64,000 nt of DNA from contig CAVUZH010000016.1 in assembly GCA_963745835.1 (NCBI GenBank), positions 352,001-416,000 of the forward strand. The letters run 5' to 3'. Of the stretch, positions 63,047-64,000 are shown in pieces. Position 1 is the first letter of the stretch; each line of letters begins with the position of its first letter. The notes below the pieces were generated by a model. The model saw only the letters and a list, made by a program, of their open reading frames with translations. It made no database searches and had not been told where the DNA came from. Made by a program: the position numbers and the translations under genes. The DNA comes from an uncultured delta proteobacterium. Its GTDB lineage: Bacteria > Desulfobacterota > Binatia > UBA9968.

Positions 63047-64000
63047 CTATTTTTTCTTGCCAGCTGCATCCACAAGGTTTCTAAGTTCCTCCAAAGAGTT
63101 TCCGCTAAACGATTGGCTATATTTATCTTTCAAAACCCGTTCTATCTCAAATGCTCCTTCACGCTGAGGAATTGCATAGATCTTCTCGCCGTATCGGACC
63201 AAGTTAAAACCTTTATAACCTTCTTCAACCAAAACAGGAGCAGGGGCTTTATCGGAAACCGGCGCTGTGGCGACTTGATCGACAAGTCTTTTAACTTCAT
63301 CCGTCGAGAGCGCGTTTACGTGGCCCTGGTAATTACTCATGTGGAGCCTTCGTAAACTGAATTCACCATCATCTTGCTTAACCCCATGAAAGTCTCGTCC
63401 GACACGGATGATGTTATAACCGCGGAATCCGTGCACGACTACCTCGGGTCCGATGAAACTATCGATATGCCGCTTGATCTCCTCCAATGAAGCGCCCTCG
63501 AACTGCTTGCCGGAATCACCAGTTGCAAACCGGTTCGGATCGAATCCAGCCTCAGTACGTTCCGCCCCATAGAACCGCTCTTTCGAGCGGATGATAGAAT
63601 AGCCGCGATACCATTCCGCTATCAAAGATGGCTCCGGGACCTCTTCCGATGGCGCAGTCATGGCTGAAATTCGATTTTGCACTTCGTTTAAAGACTCACC
63701 TTCGAGGATGCTTCTATATTCCCCCTTCTGAAGTCGTTCGAGGTTCAGTTCCGGCTCGCTTCGCGGAATTCCGAAAAAGAACCGCTGACCGATCTGGAAG
63801 ATGCTGTACCCATCATGGTCTCTCTCTACAAGCTTCGTGCTCAAGCTACGGAAGTGTTTCCAATTAGCAATGAAAATAAAACTACCATCGACTGAGACAT
63901 GACCATAATCCGCCAAGTACGGCCATTGAGTAACGAACTCATCACTCGTGACGATGATATCCCAGTCAAAATCATCCGGGAGAATAGACTTCTCGCCACT
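63047..64000 (-). CDS. C-terminal part of a protein with 4 copies of the same ~55-aa repeat (5' end outside the window)
   Basis: For example LVEEGYKGFNLVRYGEKIYAIPQREGAFEIER..FSGNSLEELRNLVD. Confidence 0.7.
   Translation of the reverse strand, partial: SGEKSILPDDFDWDIIVTSDEFVTQWPYLADYGHVSVDGSFIFIANWKHFRSLSTKLVERDHDGYSIFQIGQRFFFGIPRSEPELNLERLQKGEYRSILEGESLNEVQNRISAMTAPSEEVPEPSLIAEWYRGYSIIRSKERFYGAERTEAGFDPNRFATGDSGKQFEGASLEEIKRHIDSFIGPEVVVHGFRGYNIIRVGRDFHGVKQDDGEFSLRRLHMSNYQGHVNALSTDEVKRLVDQVATAPVSDKAPAPVLVEEGYKGFNLVRYGEKIYAIPQREGAFEIERVLKDKYSQSFSGNSLEELRNLVDAAGKKK

Noticed and set aside
12434-63867. Numerous antisense and alternate-frame ORFs in the track
   Set aside because: They shadow well-supported genes and carry no family motifs

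Overview
Bacterial chromosomal window, roughly 55% GC by eye. Gene style resembles Deltaproteobacteria/Candidatus Binatia, which is inference only. Many single-base frameshifts, even in conserved genes, suggest an error-prone assembly. 0.6-9.9 kb is an accessory patch: two decayed copies of an unknown module bracket a two-component pair, a desaturase, a YsnF-type stress protein and ppa, and a HEPN-like gene follows. At 9.9-10.2 kb lies an AhpD-like gene missed by the ORF track, with CxxU (in-frame TGA) and a SECIS-like hairpin. 10-30 kb holds a His-rich methyltransferase, EVE, DUF885, nfo, VIT1, peroxiredoxin, TetR, a paaF/G/H/J-type block, AsmA, rnr and a MacAB-type exporter. 30-37.5 kb is a co-directional cofactor cluster: yqeB-coxD-coxE-xdhC, then archaeal-type CTP riboflavin kinase, ubiX, fni and two split-barrel flavoproteins, a candidate complete prenyl-FMN supply module. 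37.7-49.9 kb is an Xps-type T2SS whose secretin probably carries a SPOR domain. 50-64 kb is a surface/glycan region with two tail-to-tail secreted proteins sharing 51-aa FG-GAP-like blades and two proteins carrying 7 copies of an unrecognised ~55-60 aa repeat. No rRNA, tRNA, CRISPR array, integrase or transposase was seen.
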